Shown here: positions 1-12,710 of the stretch, one piece after another
Layout of the letters: each line of letters opens with the position of its first letter
How positions within the stretch are numbered: the first letter of the stretch is position 1
NCBI RefSeq assembly: GCF_963921235.1
Contig: NC_086118.1
Span: forward strand, 21,764,001-21,828,000
Source: Mobula hypostoma
Taxonomy: Eukaryota
Length of the DNA: 64,000 bases
Direction: 5' to 3'
Program-made: the position numbers and the translations under genes
Notes under the pieces: generated by a model
Databases searched by the model: none
The model's input: only the letters and a program-made list of their open reading frames with translations
What the model was told of the DNA's origin: nothing

Positions 1-196
1 TGAAGTGCAGGCCCTTGGAAGTAACAGCTCACTACTCCTCACAGAGTGAGTTTTCAGTGGTGAAGTGCAGGCCCTTGGCAGTAACAGCTCACTACTCCTC
101 ACAGAGTGAGTTTTCAGTGCTGAAGTGCAGGCCCTTGGCAGTAACAGCTCACTGCTCCTCACAGAGTGAATTTTCAGTGGTGAAGTGCAGGCCCTT
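1..196 (+). repeat. 60-bp tandem repeat (~3.3 copies visible) inside a Rex1/Babar endonuclease region
   Basis: Unit tgaagtgcaggccc...ttcagtgg begins at 1, 61, 121 and 181. Confidence 0.95.
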
Positions 197-1340
197 CTAC
201 TTACTGAGTGAGCTCGCGGTCATTGTGATTTTTGCTGTTTATGTCCCTCTTGTGCTCGTGTTGGGGAAGAGCTGCAAGAATTCCACAGCACCATCTGTGA
301 CCTCACCCTGATGGTTTCTTCATTATTGCTGGTGACCTCAATCTTGCCAACTTAAAAACAATCCTGCCAAAGTTCTACCAACATATCACCTTCACAACCA
401 GAGCAGAGAATATATTAGGCCTGGTGCGTACCAATGTTTTTGGAGCCATCAAAGCTGCCCCCCACCCTCACCTCGGATACTAAACTACATATCCATTCTG
501 CTAATCCCTCACTGGTTAAATGAGGAAAACCAGTTTAAAGGGAGATCAGGACTTAGCCAGAATGTGCAACCGCAGTGCTGCAGGATTGTATCGAATGTAC
601 GGACTGGAACAGTTCAAGAAGGCAGCTACCTATGATCATCATGTCAACATTGATAAATATGAGGTATTGGTGACTGGCTACAAAGGAAAATGCTTTAAGG
701 ACGTTACCATTTTTAAACCCTACACTGTCAGGGCAAACCAGAAATCCTAGCTGACTGCAGAGGTTCATGCACTGCTTAGGGATTGGGACGCTAATTTCAG
801 ATTGGGGGATAAGATGACTCTAAATTCAGCCACAGCCGTACCATCAGGAATGCAAAACAAGAGTACTCACAGAATATTTACAGACACCTTTGTGACACCA
901 GCGACACATGGCACAACAGATTAATGTCTACCCTGCACGTCAACCACAGCGATGCCTCCCTCCCAGATACCCTGAATGCCTTCTCTGCACGATCTGCTGC
1001 AATGAATGATGGGACGTCGAGGAACACCCCCTCTCCCCCTGAGGAGCAGGCGCCCTGTCTGGCTGAGGACAGGAGAGGAGGATCCTAGCCAGGTGAGGAG
1101 GACCCTAGCCAGGTTAAACCCAGGCAAAACTGCAGTGCCAGACAACATACCTGGTCGGGTGCTGAGGGATTGTGTAGCCAGGTAACAACAAAGACATCTT
1201 TAACGTCTCTTTGTAACAGGTGTCAAGGCAGCCACCATTATTCCAGTGCCCAAGAGAGTAATGATAATGGTCCTAAATGATTGCCGCCCTGTGGCACTGA
1301 CCTCACCTATCATGAAGTTCTTTGAACGGCTGGTAATGTT
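1..1340 (+). mobile_element. Rex1/Babar-type non-LTR retrotransposon, decayed 5' part (APE endonuclease to start of RT)
   Basis: Translates to VKCRPFYL..AVYVP, FIIAGDLN and RPVALTSPIMKFFERLV; frameshifted. Confidence 0.75.
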
Positions 1341-4300
1341 TCTGCTTGGCAGGTGAGGGCTGTGGCTGTGAAACAATCTCAGGTTCTGAGGCCACCTCCA
1401 TGCTGGTTGTCTGAGTTGAGTTTGGGACTGCAGGAAGTGGTTCTGACTGCTCTGGTCACCTTTCTTTTCTAACAATGAACTCTGCTGTCCTCAACTGATC
1501 AATGTGTCGTTTCCAGATAATATCAGACGCAATCTCCATCAAGGGCAAGTTCATCCTGGTGCTGGTAAAAATGGGGGAGCTGGGATTTCTGCTGCACATT
1601 CCAGCCATTTTGAGTGGTCATGTAGACCTGAGACAGTGTTTTATGGTTTCCCTTTGGATCATCTCTGACGTAATAGGGAGACTTGCAATTTGTATTAGGA
1701 AGAATACGTCAAGCAGTATCTGCTTTTGTAAATTTTTCAAGTATTTCTTTTTCCAAGTGTAAACATACAATCCATCAGCATTTCCATGATTAGTTGTCCT
1801 CTTGAATTTGATCTTGTAATTGTCTCCTCCGCAAAACCGAGCCCATCTGTGCAGTCATGTTGCTGCTGTTAGTGGAACTCCCTTCTGTGGATTGAAAATG
1901 GACGCCAATGGTTGATGATCAGAAATGATGGTAAACTCTCCCATACAGGAACTGGGTGAAGCATTTTACATCCCAAACCAGATTCAAGGTCTCTGTCAAT
2001 CTGTGCATAAATTTTCTCTGCAGTGGTAAGGGAGCATGAAGCCAAGGCTATGGGGTGTTCATTTCCATTGCTCATAGTCTGTGACATGACTACACCTTTA
2101 CCATAGGGTGAGCTGTCACTGGTAAGCTTCAGTGGATGATGTGGATCATAATGTGTGAGTAACGTGTCTGACATGGATCATAATGTGTGAGTAACGTGTC
2201 TGATGTGGATCATAATGTGTGAGTAATGTGTCTGATGTCAACATTTCCTTTACCTTTTTGAAAGCCACCTCACACTGCTTTATCCTTTGCCATTTCATCC
2301 TGATCTGTAGTAATGAGTTCAAGGGGTGGAGCACAGTAGACAGGTTTGGTAGGAACCTGTTATAGTATTTGACAAACCCTGAAAAGTACCGCAACTGTGA
2401 CATGTCCTTTGGCCTTAAGGCATTTACCATTGCTTGAATTTTCTCAAGGCACTTGTGTAATCCTTCTGTGTCAATGGTGTGACCACAGTAAGTGATACTT
2501 CTTGGGTCATGCTCGGAGACCAAAATCTACTCTTTTTAACAGTCTTGAGATTTTGGAGATCTTTTGGAGATTTTGGACATCGTTAGTGGTAAGGACACTG
2601 AGGTAACACTGAATGCATGGGCAGCCTTGCAATGCCTGTTCCATAGCTTTCTGCCAGAGTGCAGATGCAAAAATAAGCTTATTATAGTGATAAAACCCTT
2701 TGTGGGTGGTTATATGAAAAACACTTTGGACTCTTCTTCTATTTCCATCTGTAGGTAGGCCTCAGCTAAATCCAGTTCATTGAAGTGTTTCCCTCCAGAA
2801 GTGTTTGCAAAGATATTCTCTATCCTGGTTTAGAGGGTTTTGATCTAGTTTCAGTACTGGGTTTAAAATCACCATAGATCCTGACAGACACATTCTTCTT
2901 GGCTACTTCCTTCAGCCCTCAATGCAATGTAATTTACTTGCTACTTTATCATGGATGATATAAGGAACTGGGCAGGCTTTGCAAAACTTGGATGTGGCAT
3001 TTTCATTTAACACTATTTTGCTCTTTATACGTTTGAGTTTTCCAGCCTCTTCTGTGAACACTGCTGTGGCATCATCTAGTACCTTTCTCAATTTACTTTC
3101 AATTGACTCTGTTGCAGGTAATATGGTGTGCAAAGGGTGGATGGATCTCCAATCAAGTTTTAGTTGTCTAAATCAATCACATTACTACAATTCTGGCCTT
3201 CCACTTTTTACCAGATATGCAGAAGCCTTATGTGGCTTCTTGGCTGTTGTGTTTTACTGTTACGAATGTCATTCCTATAGGAGTTATTTTTTCTCCATTA
3301 TAAATTCTTAGTTGGATATTTTCAGGCTTCATTTCAGTATCTTTGAAATGCTGTTCAAACTAATTTTGTGGAATGACTGAAACAGCAGAGCCAATGTCCA
3401 ATTCCATTTTAATTAATCTGCTGTTCACTTCTGGGGGTGTAAGACATATTGTTTGTCTATTGTTAGTTTTCACATTGTAAATCTCAAGGCTATACAGTCC
3501 TGTGTCAATCTGATCATTATCAGGTTTTTCATCAACAGCATATAGACTTGTGCTCTTTTTAAAACTGCAACTTGACTTGTCCATTGCTTTGGATATCCAG
3601 CATCTGCAGATTTTCTCATGTTCCATTTAATCTTGTCTGCCCAACATGCTCTTTATATGTGTCCTACTATATTGTTTTTTTTCTGAAAGTTTCACCTTTA
3701 AACCTGTATTGGTTTGATGTATGTGAGCTACTTCTACAATGGCAAAACAATTTGTTCAGCCAGGTGGGTTTCTGTTTAGATGTTGCGATTTTGTTCGTGC
3801 TCACTTTCATTCCTGACTGCAACTCAATTGCATCTCTGTCTGCGGTTTCCATTGATATAACTATTTCAACTGCTCTTTTAAATGTAAGTTGCACTTCCGT
3901 TAGGAGCCATTTTTAATGCTTTCTTGTAAGATACAACAAACTAATTGACCTCTCAGTGCACCATTAAGCCCATCACCAAAATGACAATAATCAGACATTC
4001 TCTTCAATTCAGCCACGTACAATGAAACGGGTTTCCCTTCTTTTTGATTCCACTTATGAAACATAAAGCTTTCTGCAGTCAACAATGGTTTTGGTTATAA
4101 ATGTTCCTGGATTACTTTCACAATATCAGCAAATCTCATTTTGGCTAGTTTGGTTGGAGTAGTCAAATGTCTAACCAAGCTGAATGCTTTTCCGCCCAAT
4201 GTACTTGGCAAAACTTGTACTTGTTTCTCACTGGTTATTCTATTTGCTTTAAAATACTGCTCAAATCGCTCAGTACACATGTTCCAGTTATCCCTTGTCC

Positions 4301-4799
4301 ATTCAGACACATCTATCTTTCCGATGTACGCAGACGTTTCTGCTTTTTTAAAATGTTTATTATTATTATCACTCGGTACTCATTGTTTATGAACTGGAAA
4401 ATTTGTGCTTCAACAGTTAGGTAGTCATCTCGGGTTTGTTTAAAACTCCTCGTCACAGTTATGTTTTGTAACTCCAAAACATTAAAATAATTGAAAGAAA
4501 AACAGGTGCGTCTGGAATGCATGTACATTAGTTTCATTTTTACTTTAATCGAGGCACGCAGTTATGACGTGATGGTGTAATCAGGTATGCCATTCATGTA
4601 CTTTTACATATAAGGTAGGTCGCATCAGGAATTATTTCCAGGTAGTGGATGATTTCCTTCCACGCCACTCTGACGTATAGGGAAATCGCGTACTAGGCAA
4701 CTTTTACATATAACCTGTAACAAATTATGTAAACATCAAAGAATGCATAATCAAGCAGCACATTTACGCAAATGTTACTGAAATATTAAATACACTACA
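1341..4799 (-). mobile_element. Decayed Gypsy LTR retrotransposon (gag, protease, RT, RNase H; integrase largely missing) with LTR ~4458-4799
   Basis: ERFEQYFKAN gag, MELDIGSAVSVI protease, YYNRFLPNLS RT and SDSSPYG..EHPIALAS..AEKIYAQ RNase H; PBS-like tgtgacgagga beside the LTR. Confidence 0.85.
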
Positions 4800-5460
4800 T
4801 AATGGACAATCTAATCTGGACCCACAACACCTCCTCACTAGTCAAGAAGGCACGACAGTGTCCACACTTTGTGAGGAGTTTGAGGCGTGCAAGGCTCTCT
4901 GCCCCCATTCTAAAAACTTTCTACAGGAGTGCCATCAAGAATGTCCTGTCTGCCTGCATCATTGTGCGTTATGGAAGCTGCAAGGCATCGGACTGCTAAA
5001 GAGAATAGAATTCGCTGTGAGGATCTCTGGGGTCTCCCTCCCCGCTATTTGAGACATTAACTGGGAGAGTTGTAGATGAAGGGCGTGAATCATTATTGAG
5101 GATCCCTACCACCCATCCCACAATCTCTTTGATCCACTACTGTCAAGAAGGAGGCACAGAAGTATTAAGACGAGGACTGCCAGATGGGGTAACAGCTTCT
5201 TTCCTCAGGCTGTGAGACGAATGAAAAGCTTGCTCCCACTGAGATCTCACCACTAGGACAGCAAGCTGTTTATTGTTTACTGTTTACCTGTGCTGTATAC
5301 TATATGCATTTTGAATTCTAATTTATTAACTTATTTATTGTAATATTTTGTCTCAACTGCTGTTTGTGATATATGTTTTGTTAGGCACACCGAATTCTGG
5401 AGGAACGCAGTTTCGCTTGCTTCTATATATGTACAGTTAGATGACAATAAAGCTGAACTT
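4800..5460 (+). mobile_element. Rex1/Babar 3' part, probably continuing the element at 1-1340
   Basis: DNLIWTHNTSSLVKKARQ..FYRSAI; AT-rich 3' UTR ending gacaataaagctgaactt. Confidence 0.7.
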
Positions 5461-6714
5461 TAAATCTGTTTACAAAAAATATTTCATCCAAAGAGACCCA
5501 AGCCTATAAACAACAATTCCGTAAGCTAGCTGAAGACTGTCTGTCCGATATAGCTGGAGTCTGGGATTTACAAACATATAAAATGTTGTTCTGGATTGGT
5601 ACAGGTTTGTTTAATTCCTCATACACAATTGTGCCCAGGGAAACTATTAAAACATGTTTCATTAGTCAGGTTTCACTTAGCCTTTGGAAACATATTGTTA
5701 TTTAGTGAAAGCATTTATGTGGAGAATTCACTCTTTGAGATCTGAATGGAGATGATGAACATCCTACTTTCCATCTTCTCCACTGAGAAGTGGAGGCATT
5801 TGGGGAATATACCAAGTTTCTAACCTGTGATTACACGTCTGATTCAGTTTTTGCTTCTGTACTTCTCTTGCTGTTGGACAAAAACCCAGAGCAATAGCAG
5901 CAGATTGCCACAAGATGGTGCTAGGTTCACTTAGTTGTGCCATACCTTTTGAGGATCTTTCCCAACACCTGCTGATTGTGGTTTTGCACCTTGAAGATAA
6001 ACCAATTTGCAATAAGTTGAAAACAGCTAGGAAAAAGAAATCAGAAAGTTTATTTCCAATTCAATGAGACAACTTGATTACATTTGTCAGCCATCAAGGT
6101 GATTGAATCTTCAGGGAAAATAAAATGAGTGAAATGTCAGGCAATTTGCTTCTGTGATTGAATAAATAAGATTATAAAACTGATAAAAAGCACAATCATC
6201 AGGGTTAATGGATTGGCAGCTGCCCTTGTTTAGAACCAAGCACTTTGCATCCTTGGGATAGAAACTAACAAGGTAGTTTAACTGAAAAGTAAAGAATGTC
6301 TACTTTGTACCTGTTACTCCAGAATAGACTTGGACTTTATTCAAAGTGCACATAAACCCACAGATGAAGGCCAAATGCACCTAAAACAAATGTCTGATTA
6401 GTTTCTGTTTCAAATGTTTATCCACTTCTTATTGTCACTCAGATTGACTGTTTCTGGAACAGTCGAGACATCACATGCTCACTCCTTTGTCACCTACTAT
6501 AATTGAGATTCTTTGAAAGTCAATGTTAAGTAGATTTGAGATGGTGGCAGACACATATTTTAGATTTTAAGGGAATTAAGGGTAATGGGAAGCAAAGATC
6601 AGACCAGTCATTATATTATTGAATGGTGAAGTATACTTGACCATCTAAGTACATTACTTCTGTCTATTTCTTGTGCTTATACTTACTTTGGATTGCAGCT
6701 TGTTGACCAGTGAT

Positions 6715-7520
6715 ACGAAGAGAAGGTGTTCAGGAGTGAGCTAGATCAGCTGGTTGAGTGGTGTTGCAACACTAACCTTGCACTCATCGTCAATAAGACC
6801 AAGAAATTGATTGCGGACTTCTGGAAGGGGAAGTTGAAGGAATACAAGCCAGTCTTCATAGAGGAATCAGCAGTGGAAAGGGAGAGTAGTTTCAAGTTAT
6901 TGGGTGTCAACATCTCTGAAGATCTATCCTGGGCCCAACATATGGATGCAATTACCAAGAAGGCATGACAGCAGTTACATTTCATTAGGAGTACGGGGAG
7001 ACTTGGTATGTCACCGAAGACTGGCAGGTTTCTACTGATTACCATGGGAAGCATGCTAACCGGTTACATCACCATCTGGTACGGAGGGTCCACAGCACAG
7101 GATCAGAAGAAGCTGCAGGAAGTTGTAAGCTTAGCCAGCTCCATCATGGGCACTCGACTCCCCAGCATCAAGAGCATCTTCAAGAGGTGACGCCTCAAAA
7201 AGGTGGCATCCGTCACTGAGGAGCCCTGTCACCCAGGGCCTGCCCTCTTCTCATTGTTACCTTCGAGGAGGGGGCACAGGAGCCTGAAGACACACACTGA
7301 ATGTTTTAGGAACAGTTTTTTCCCCTATCACCATCAGATTTCTGAATGGACAGTAAACCCAGGTACACTACCTCACTATTATTTTTTTGTTCTCTTTTTG
7401 CATGACTGATTTAACCTTAGTGTAATTTATAGTATTTTTAATTATTGTGAATTGCCATGTGCTGTTGTCGCCAAACAGCAAGTTTCATGATATATGATAG
7501 TGATATTAAACCTGCTTCTG
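6715..7520 (+). mobile_element. Rex1/Babar 3' fragment
   Basis: LVEWC..NLALIVNKTKKLI, FKLLGVNISEDLSW, FRNSFFP; tail gatattaaacctg. Confidence 0.8.
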
Positions 7521-7815
7521 ATCAGGCTTGATTTCATCTCCCACAGTAGTCTGCTTCCAGGAGCACCAATCTACTGGAGTAATGCACACGCAGATGTCTG
7601 TAGGGGGAAGGGAATTGCTGTTGTTTTCGGTCAAGAACACATATCAGGACTGAGTGGAGTGGGAACGCAGCTGGTTTAAGTGGAGAGGCGGATGAGACAG
7701 GGACCATTGGGTGATTGGTGGACTGTGAAAGAGTGAAGGATATCAAACAGAAGGAGCCAGGTGAGGGAGAGAGGGGAAGGGGTGGAATTAGAAGACAGAA
7801 GAAAATCTTTGTTCT

Positions 7816-8359
7816 TGTGACTCTCGCTTCGGCTAGCGGCTTCATCTAGGGGAAGGCAGCCCTTGGCCTGGTCAAATTGAAGAAATTTCATTTGGGTGGA
7901 TGCTGCACGATGTGTCCCCTGTTACAAATCAGTACCATGAAAAAACAAACAGTACATAATATACAATTAAACAATTGAGCTGTATAATTCTTAATTTGAC
8001 TATATGGTTAGTAAAGAAACAAAAAAAAGAAAAGGGCCCATTCTCATAAAACAGTCTAATGGACAACGTTGGAACTCATGGATAACCCATTCGTCCACCA
8101 TCACCCTCCTCCAAGTGTCGCTGACCTTCAGACCCTCGCTCCAAGTCCACTCCATCCAGCAGTCTACCAACTCTCTCCATTCTCTCCTCATCTCCCCATG
8201 GCAAGAGACCGCGAAATCCCTGCTCCCAGACCCACAAGAAAGAACTCCTCTCATTGGATAGCCCCACATTCCAAAGCCCCGTTATCTCTAGTCATAACCC
8301 AAACGTTGCTGCTACAGAGAAACCATTACATCAGCAGTGAAACCTTGAAGCGCGTTATA
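7816..8359. mobile_element. Diverged solo LTR of the same family as 18586-19199
   Basis: Shares long blocks (ctgttacaaatcagtacca, cacattccaaagcccc, aaccattacat) with the 18586 copy; near-TSD ttct/ttat. Confidence 0.7.
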
Positions 8360-8554
8360 TTATTTAACACGAACCTGGCTGTATTTATTATTACCACATG
8401 CACTATTTACTCTGCTCACTTCATGTGAGCAAAGAATTTCATTGAATCCTGGTGTATGTGACAATAAACCAAAAAACTAATCCATGAGATTGTGACTACT
8501 TTTCATTCTTGGACTAATTATCTCTAGATCTAAAGTTGGCTGACTTGCTGACCA

Positions 8555-9063
8555 GTGGAAAACTTCTACAGATGTACTGTGGAGAGCATTCTGACTGGCT
8601 GTTACACTGTTTGGTATGGGTTGGGAGAGCTACTGCACAGGATTGCAGAAAGATGTAAAATTAATCAGCACCGTCACGGATACTAGCCTCTGTAGTATCC
8701 AAATCATCTTTAAGAGAAATGCCTCAGGAAGATGGTATCCATTATTAAGTACCCCACCACCCAGGACATGCCATTTTCTCACTGTTACCATCAGGCAGAA
8801 GGTACTGGAGCCTGAAGACACACACTCAGCGACTCAAGAACAGTTTCTTCCCCTCTGTCATCGGATTCCTAAATGGATATTGAACCCGTGAACACTATCT
8901 CAATAATTTGTTTAAATTTCCTTTACTTCTGTTTCTGCCCTACTTATTTTAACTTACTATTTAATATACATACACTGTGTATAATTACTGTATTTCAGGT
9001 TTTTCTACATTTATCATGTATTGCATTATACCGCTGCCACAAAGTTAACAAATTTTACAACAT
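8555..9063 (+). mobile_element. Rex1/Babar 3' fragment; its tail resumes at 10355-10393 after an RTE insertion
   Basis: Similar to 7030-7520; tail gtgatattaaatctgattctga lies after the RTE. Confidence 0.7.
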
Positions 9064-10354
9064 CATCATCATCATCATCGGGTACCATGCCCAGTTTGAG
9101 CTTTGACTGCCATGGCCCACACACTCCTGTTTCGGGTCAAGTGGATCAATTCATTGGTGTTCATTTCCAGTTCTCTGGCTGCTGTCTCCATCATCATTTG
9201 TCTTTGTCTTCCTCTTGCTTTCTTCCCTTCAATCTTTCCCATAATTACCCTGCATTCTAACTCCTCTTTCCTAATCACACGTCCAATGAAGTTACGTTGC
9301 CTTTTCATGATCTCATACATTATTTCTCTTTTTGTGTTTGCTCTGTTCATGACATCCTCGTTAGATACTCATTTCGTCCATGATATTATTTGCATCCTCC
9401 TCAAAAATCACATCTCTGCTGCTACAATTCATTTCCTCATGTTACTAGATATTGTCCAACATTCTGAGCCATATAACATAACAGGATAAATGTAACATTT
9501 CAGTACTCTGAGGCGGGTTGTCATGCCTAGTTTAGTGTTGGTCAGTATACTCTTCATTCTCATAAAGGTGTCTTTTGCCATCCCTATTCTTCTTTTGATG
9601 TCCAAGTCACACATGCCAAGTCCTAAGTAGCAAAAGTTCTGTATTTATTTCCCCATTTATTCTCAGCCTGCAGATAGGATTCTCCTTCCTTTTGGATATC
9701 GCCATACATTCTGTCTTTTTGCAATTGATAGATAGACCTATTTTTGCACTTTCTTCAACAATTATATCAATTAAGTTTTGTAGTTCTTCCTCCGTACTTG
9801 CAATTAACACAGTGTCATCTGCATATCTGAAATTATTGATGTTTTCACTGCCAACTTTGATTCCCAAGATGTCTCTTTTTTTTGTAATATTGTTTCATTG
9901 TACACATTAAATAAATCAGGGGAGAAAACATACCCTTGTCTAACACCTCTTGATTTTCGTAAACTGACTCACTTCTCCATCTATTCTTACAGCGACAGTT
10001 TGTTCCCAGTACAGATTTCTGATTAGGCAGAGGTCTTTCGAATCTAGATCTAGAGTTTTCTGTAATATTTCAAATAACTTATTGTGCTTCACTTTATCAA
10101 ATGCTTTTGTGTAGTTGATAAAACATACAAATCTTTTTGCACTTGAATAGCTCATTCCGATAGTATCCTTAACATCAATATTGCATTTCTTGTAACTTTG
10201 TCTTTCGCAAAATCACATTGTTCTTTTCCTATTTCAGCTTGTATCTTACTTTTAGCTCTTGACATCAAAATTCTTATGACTCATTAAACTTATCGTCCTA
10301 TGTAATTCACATTCTATTGCTCCAGCTTTCTTAGGAAGAGTGATAAATACTGAT
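9064..10354 (-). mobile_element. 5'-truncated RTE-clade LINE (BovB-like) with (TGA)n tail
   Basis: NFRYADDTVLIA, YTKAFDKVKH, PVMLYGSECWTIS, GKIEGKKARGRQR; (cat)n at 9061-9078; TSD ttttacaacat at 9053-9063 and 10355-10365. Confidence 0.9.
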
Positions 10355-11299
10355 TTTTACAACATATACTCGTGATATTAAATCTGATTCTGAACGTTTT
10401 CAGCATTTTCTATTTTTGTTTAAAATTTACAGAATCTGCACATATTTGATTATCAACATTTTGAAGGTTTATTTCAGTTTTTGATTGTAAGATGTGTGAA
10501 CCCTGCCCTATGACAGATGTAGCTCTGTTACTTCCTGGTACTCGTGCTCAAATGAACATCTGTCTCAGCTGGTGATCAACAGGTTGGCTCCTCCTTTGAA
10601 ATCTTCACCTCTTCATGGAAATGCTGTAGAATTGCCGCTGCACTGCATGAGCCCCAGGTGTTTTGAAACGTGACCTACTTTATTAGCAGGATCACAAAAG
10701 AAGAGCAAAACAAAACTAGCTGGAGGAACTCATCGGGCCAGGCAGCATCTGTAGAGGAAAATGGACAGCCAGCTTTTTGGATTGAAACCATTCATTTGGA
10801 CAGAAAGCGTAGATGGAAGATAGCTAGTCATAAAGAGGAAGGGAGGGGCAAGCGCTAGGTAGATCCAGATGATGAAAGGTGATGACTGGTGGGGGAGAGG
10901 ATGGCAGGAGCAATATAGAGCGGCAAGTGACTGAAATGACAGCAAAGGAAGGTGGAGATGTTTTGATTTGATTTTTGTTTCTCAGAGTGGTGTGTCACAG
11001 CATTATTTAAATTCCTTTCCTATCAGATTCCATTATCTTCAGTCCTTTGCTGTCTCCACCTATCACCTCCCAGCTATCTCCAACCTTCACTCCCAAATTG
11101 ACTCCACCTGCCAATCAAAACACAAAAGGTGGTCCTCTTTTGTTATCGTGGGTTCTATTGAGTTTCTTTGTTTTGTGGCTGCCTGCAAGGAGACGAATTT
11201 CAAGGTTGTATAAAGTATTTATACTTTGATAATAAATGCACTTTGGACTTTAAACCCTTCCTCCCCTGGATCCACCTATCACTTGTCACGTTTTGCTTC

Positions 11300-11715
11300 A
11301 GCCTTCCAGCTCATCGGGAGACTACAGTCAGTGCAGATTAGAAGTAACACTGCCTCCTTGCTGCCAATCAACACTTGCACAACTCATGGGTGTGTGCTTA
11401 GCACACTGCTCTACACTCCCTACACCCATACCTGTATGGCTAGGCACGGCTCAAACCCGTCTATAAATCTGCCGATGACACAACCACTCCTGGTAGAATT
11501 TCAGATGGTGATGAAGGGGTGCACAAGAGTGAGAAAGGTCAGCTGGTAGAGTGGAGCCACAACAAAAACCTTGCTCTCCATGTCAGTAAGACCAAGGATT
11601 TGACTGTGAACTTCAGGAGAGGGATGTCAAGGGAACACACATCAGTCTCCACCGAGGAATCAGCAGTGGAAACATATTTCACAACATTTGCTGGTGATAT
11701 TAAACCTGATTCTGA
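11300..11715 (+). mobile_element. Rex1/Babar RT fragment, internally deleted
   Basis: GCVLSTLLY..YTH; LVEW..NKNLALHVSKTK; tail gatattaaacctgattctga. Confidence 0.7.
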
Positions 11716-12218
11716 CTTATTTCACCTCTTTATCCAGGCCATTTCCCTTCTACTCTTTCAGTCCAGATGAAGGGGTACGGCCCAAAGCTTTAGTCGTCCA
11801 TTTCCCTGCACAGAGGCTGCCTGACCTGTTGACTTCCTCCAGCAGTTTCTTTTTCACTCCAGATTCCAGCCTCTGCTGTCTCCCGTTATAATCTACGAAG
11901 TCTTTTTATCATGACAGTGCTAGGGATTAAAGATTTTTCTGATATTCCTATGCTGAGGGGAACTATTACACATTCTTCAGGTGACTTACTTTGGTTGAAT
12001 GCTGCATGGTGAGTAGGAAGAACCTCTAGGAATCTTTGAAATATAGTTGGGTTGCTAAGATTGGAGAACAACTCAACCCAACCATCAACCACCCGACTGC
12101 ACACTTTCAGAATTATTTCCACCTTGAAATATGTGCAGATATTCCATTCCTGAAATACGTTCCCATTGGCATTACATCATGATTCTCTGATGCTTTGAAC
12201 CTGTGTTTTCTGTTGCCC

Positions 12219-12710
12219 TGTGGCGACCCACTTTCTAGCACACACGAACCAGCTCACGAAACAGCGCACGCAGACAGAGAGGCCGGCCCCAAAAGGGGCG
12301 CCAGGCCATCTTCACCAGCAGAGGGAAAACTCCGCGCGCGGAAAGGGTCTGGGAATATGCATTCCCCACAGCAGTCCCACCCAGGGAGGGCGGGAACTGG
12401 AAGGCTTTAAAGCCGGCCGCGAAGTTTGAATAAATCTCTTTTATCGCAACTCCAACTCACCGACTACGTGTGGTTATTTTAGCGCTGTGTGTAGCACACT
12501 GCTACAATTGGTGACCCCAATGGCCCAAACAATATTTGGGCCAGAGATGACCGACGCCACTTCTGTTCATGCAGTTTCGTTACAACTGCCAAGCTTTTGG
12601 CCGCTGAGACTCCGTCTGTGGTTTGAACAGGCTGAAGCACAATTCCACAGTTGGCAGATAACCTCGGAGTCCACTCGCTACTACTACGTGCTGAGCTCTC
12701 TCGACCAATT
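12219..12710 (+). mobile_element. Gypsy 5' LTR (12219-12506), PBS and gag start; truncated
   Basis: TG...CA LTR containing aataaa; PBS tggtgacccc at 12509; gag AVSLQLPSFWP..LWFEQAEAQF..IT....Y.YVLSSLD. Confidence 0.85.

Noticed and set aside
1..196. Regularly spaced repeats resembling a CRISPR array
   Set aside because: Whole 60-bp units repeat with no unique spacers, the context is eukaryotic, and the unit derives from LINE coding sequence.
5946..5989. Possible 44-nt minus-strand exon (GAKPQSAGVGKDPQK), and a 28-nt one at 13650-13677
   Set aside because: AG/GT boundaries exist but acceptors are weak, the peptides are unrecognised, and such matches arise by chance.
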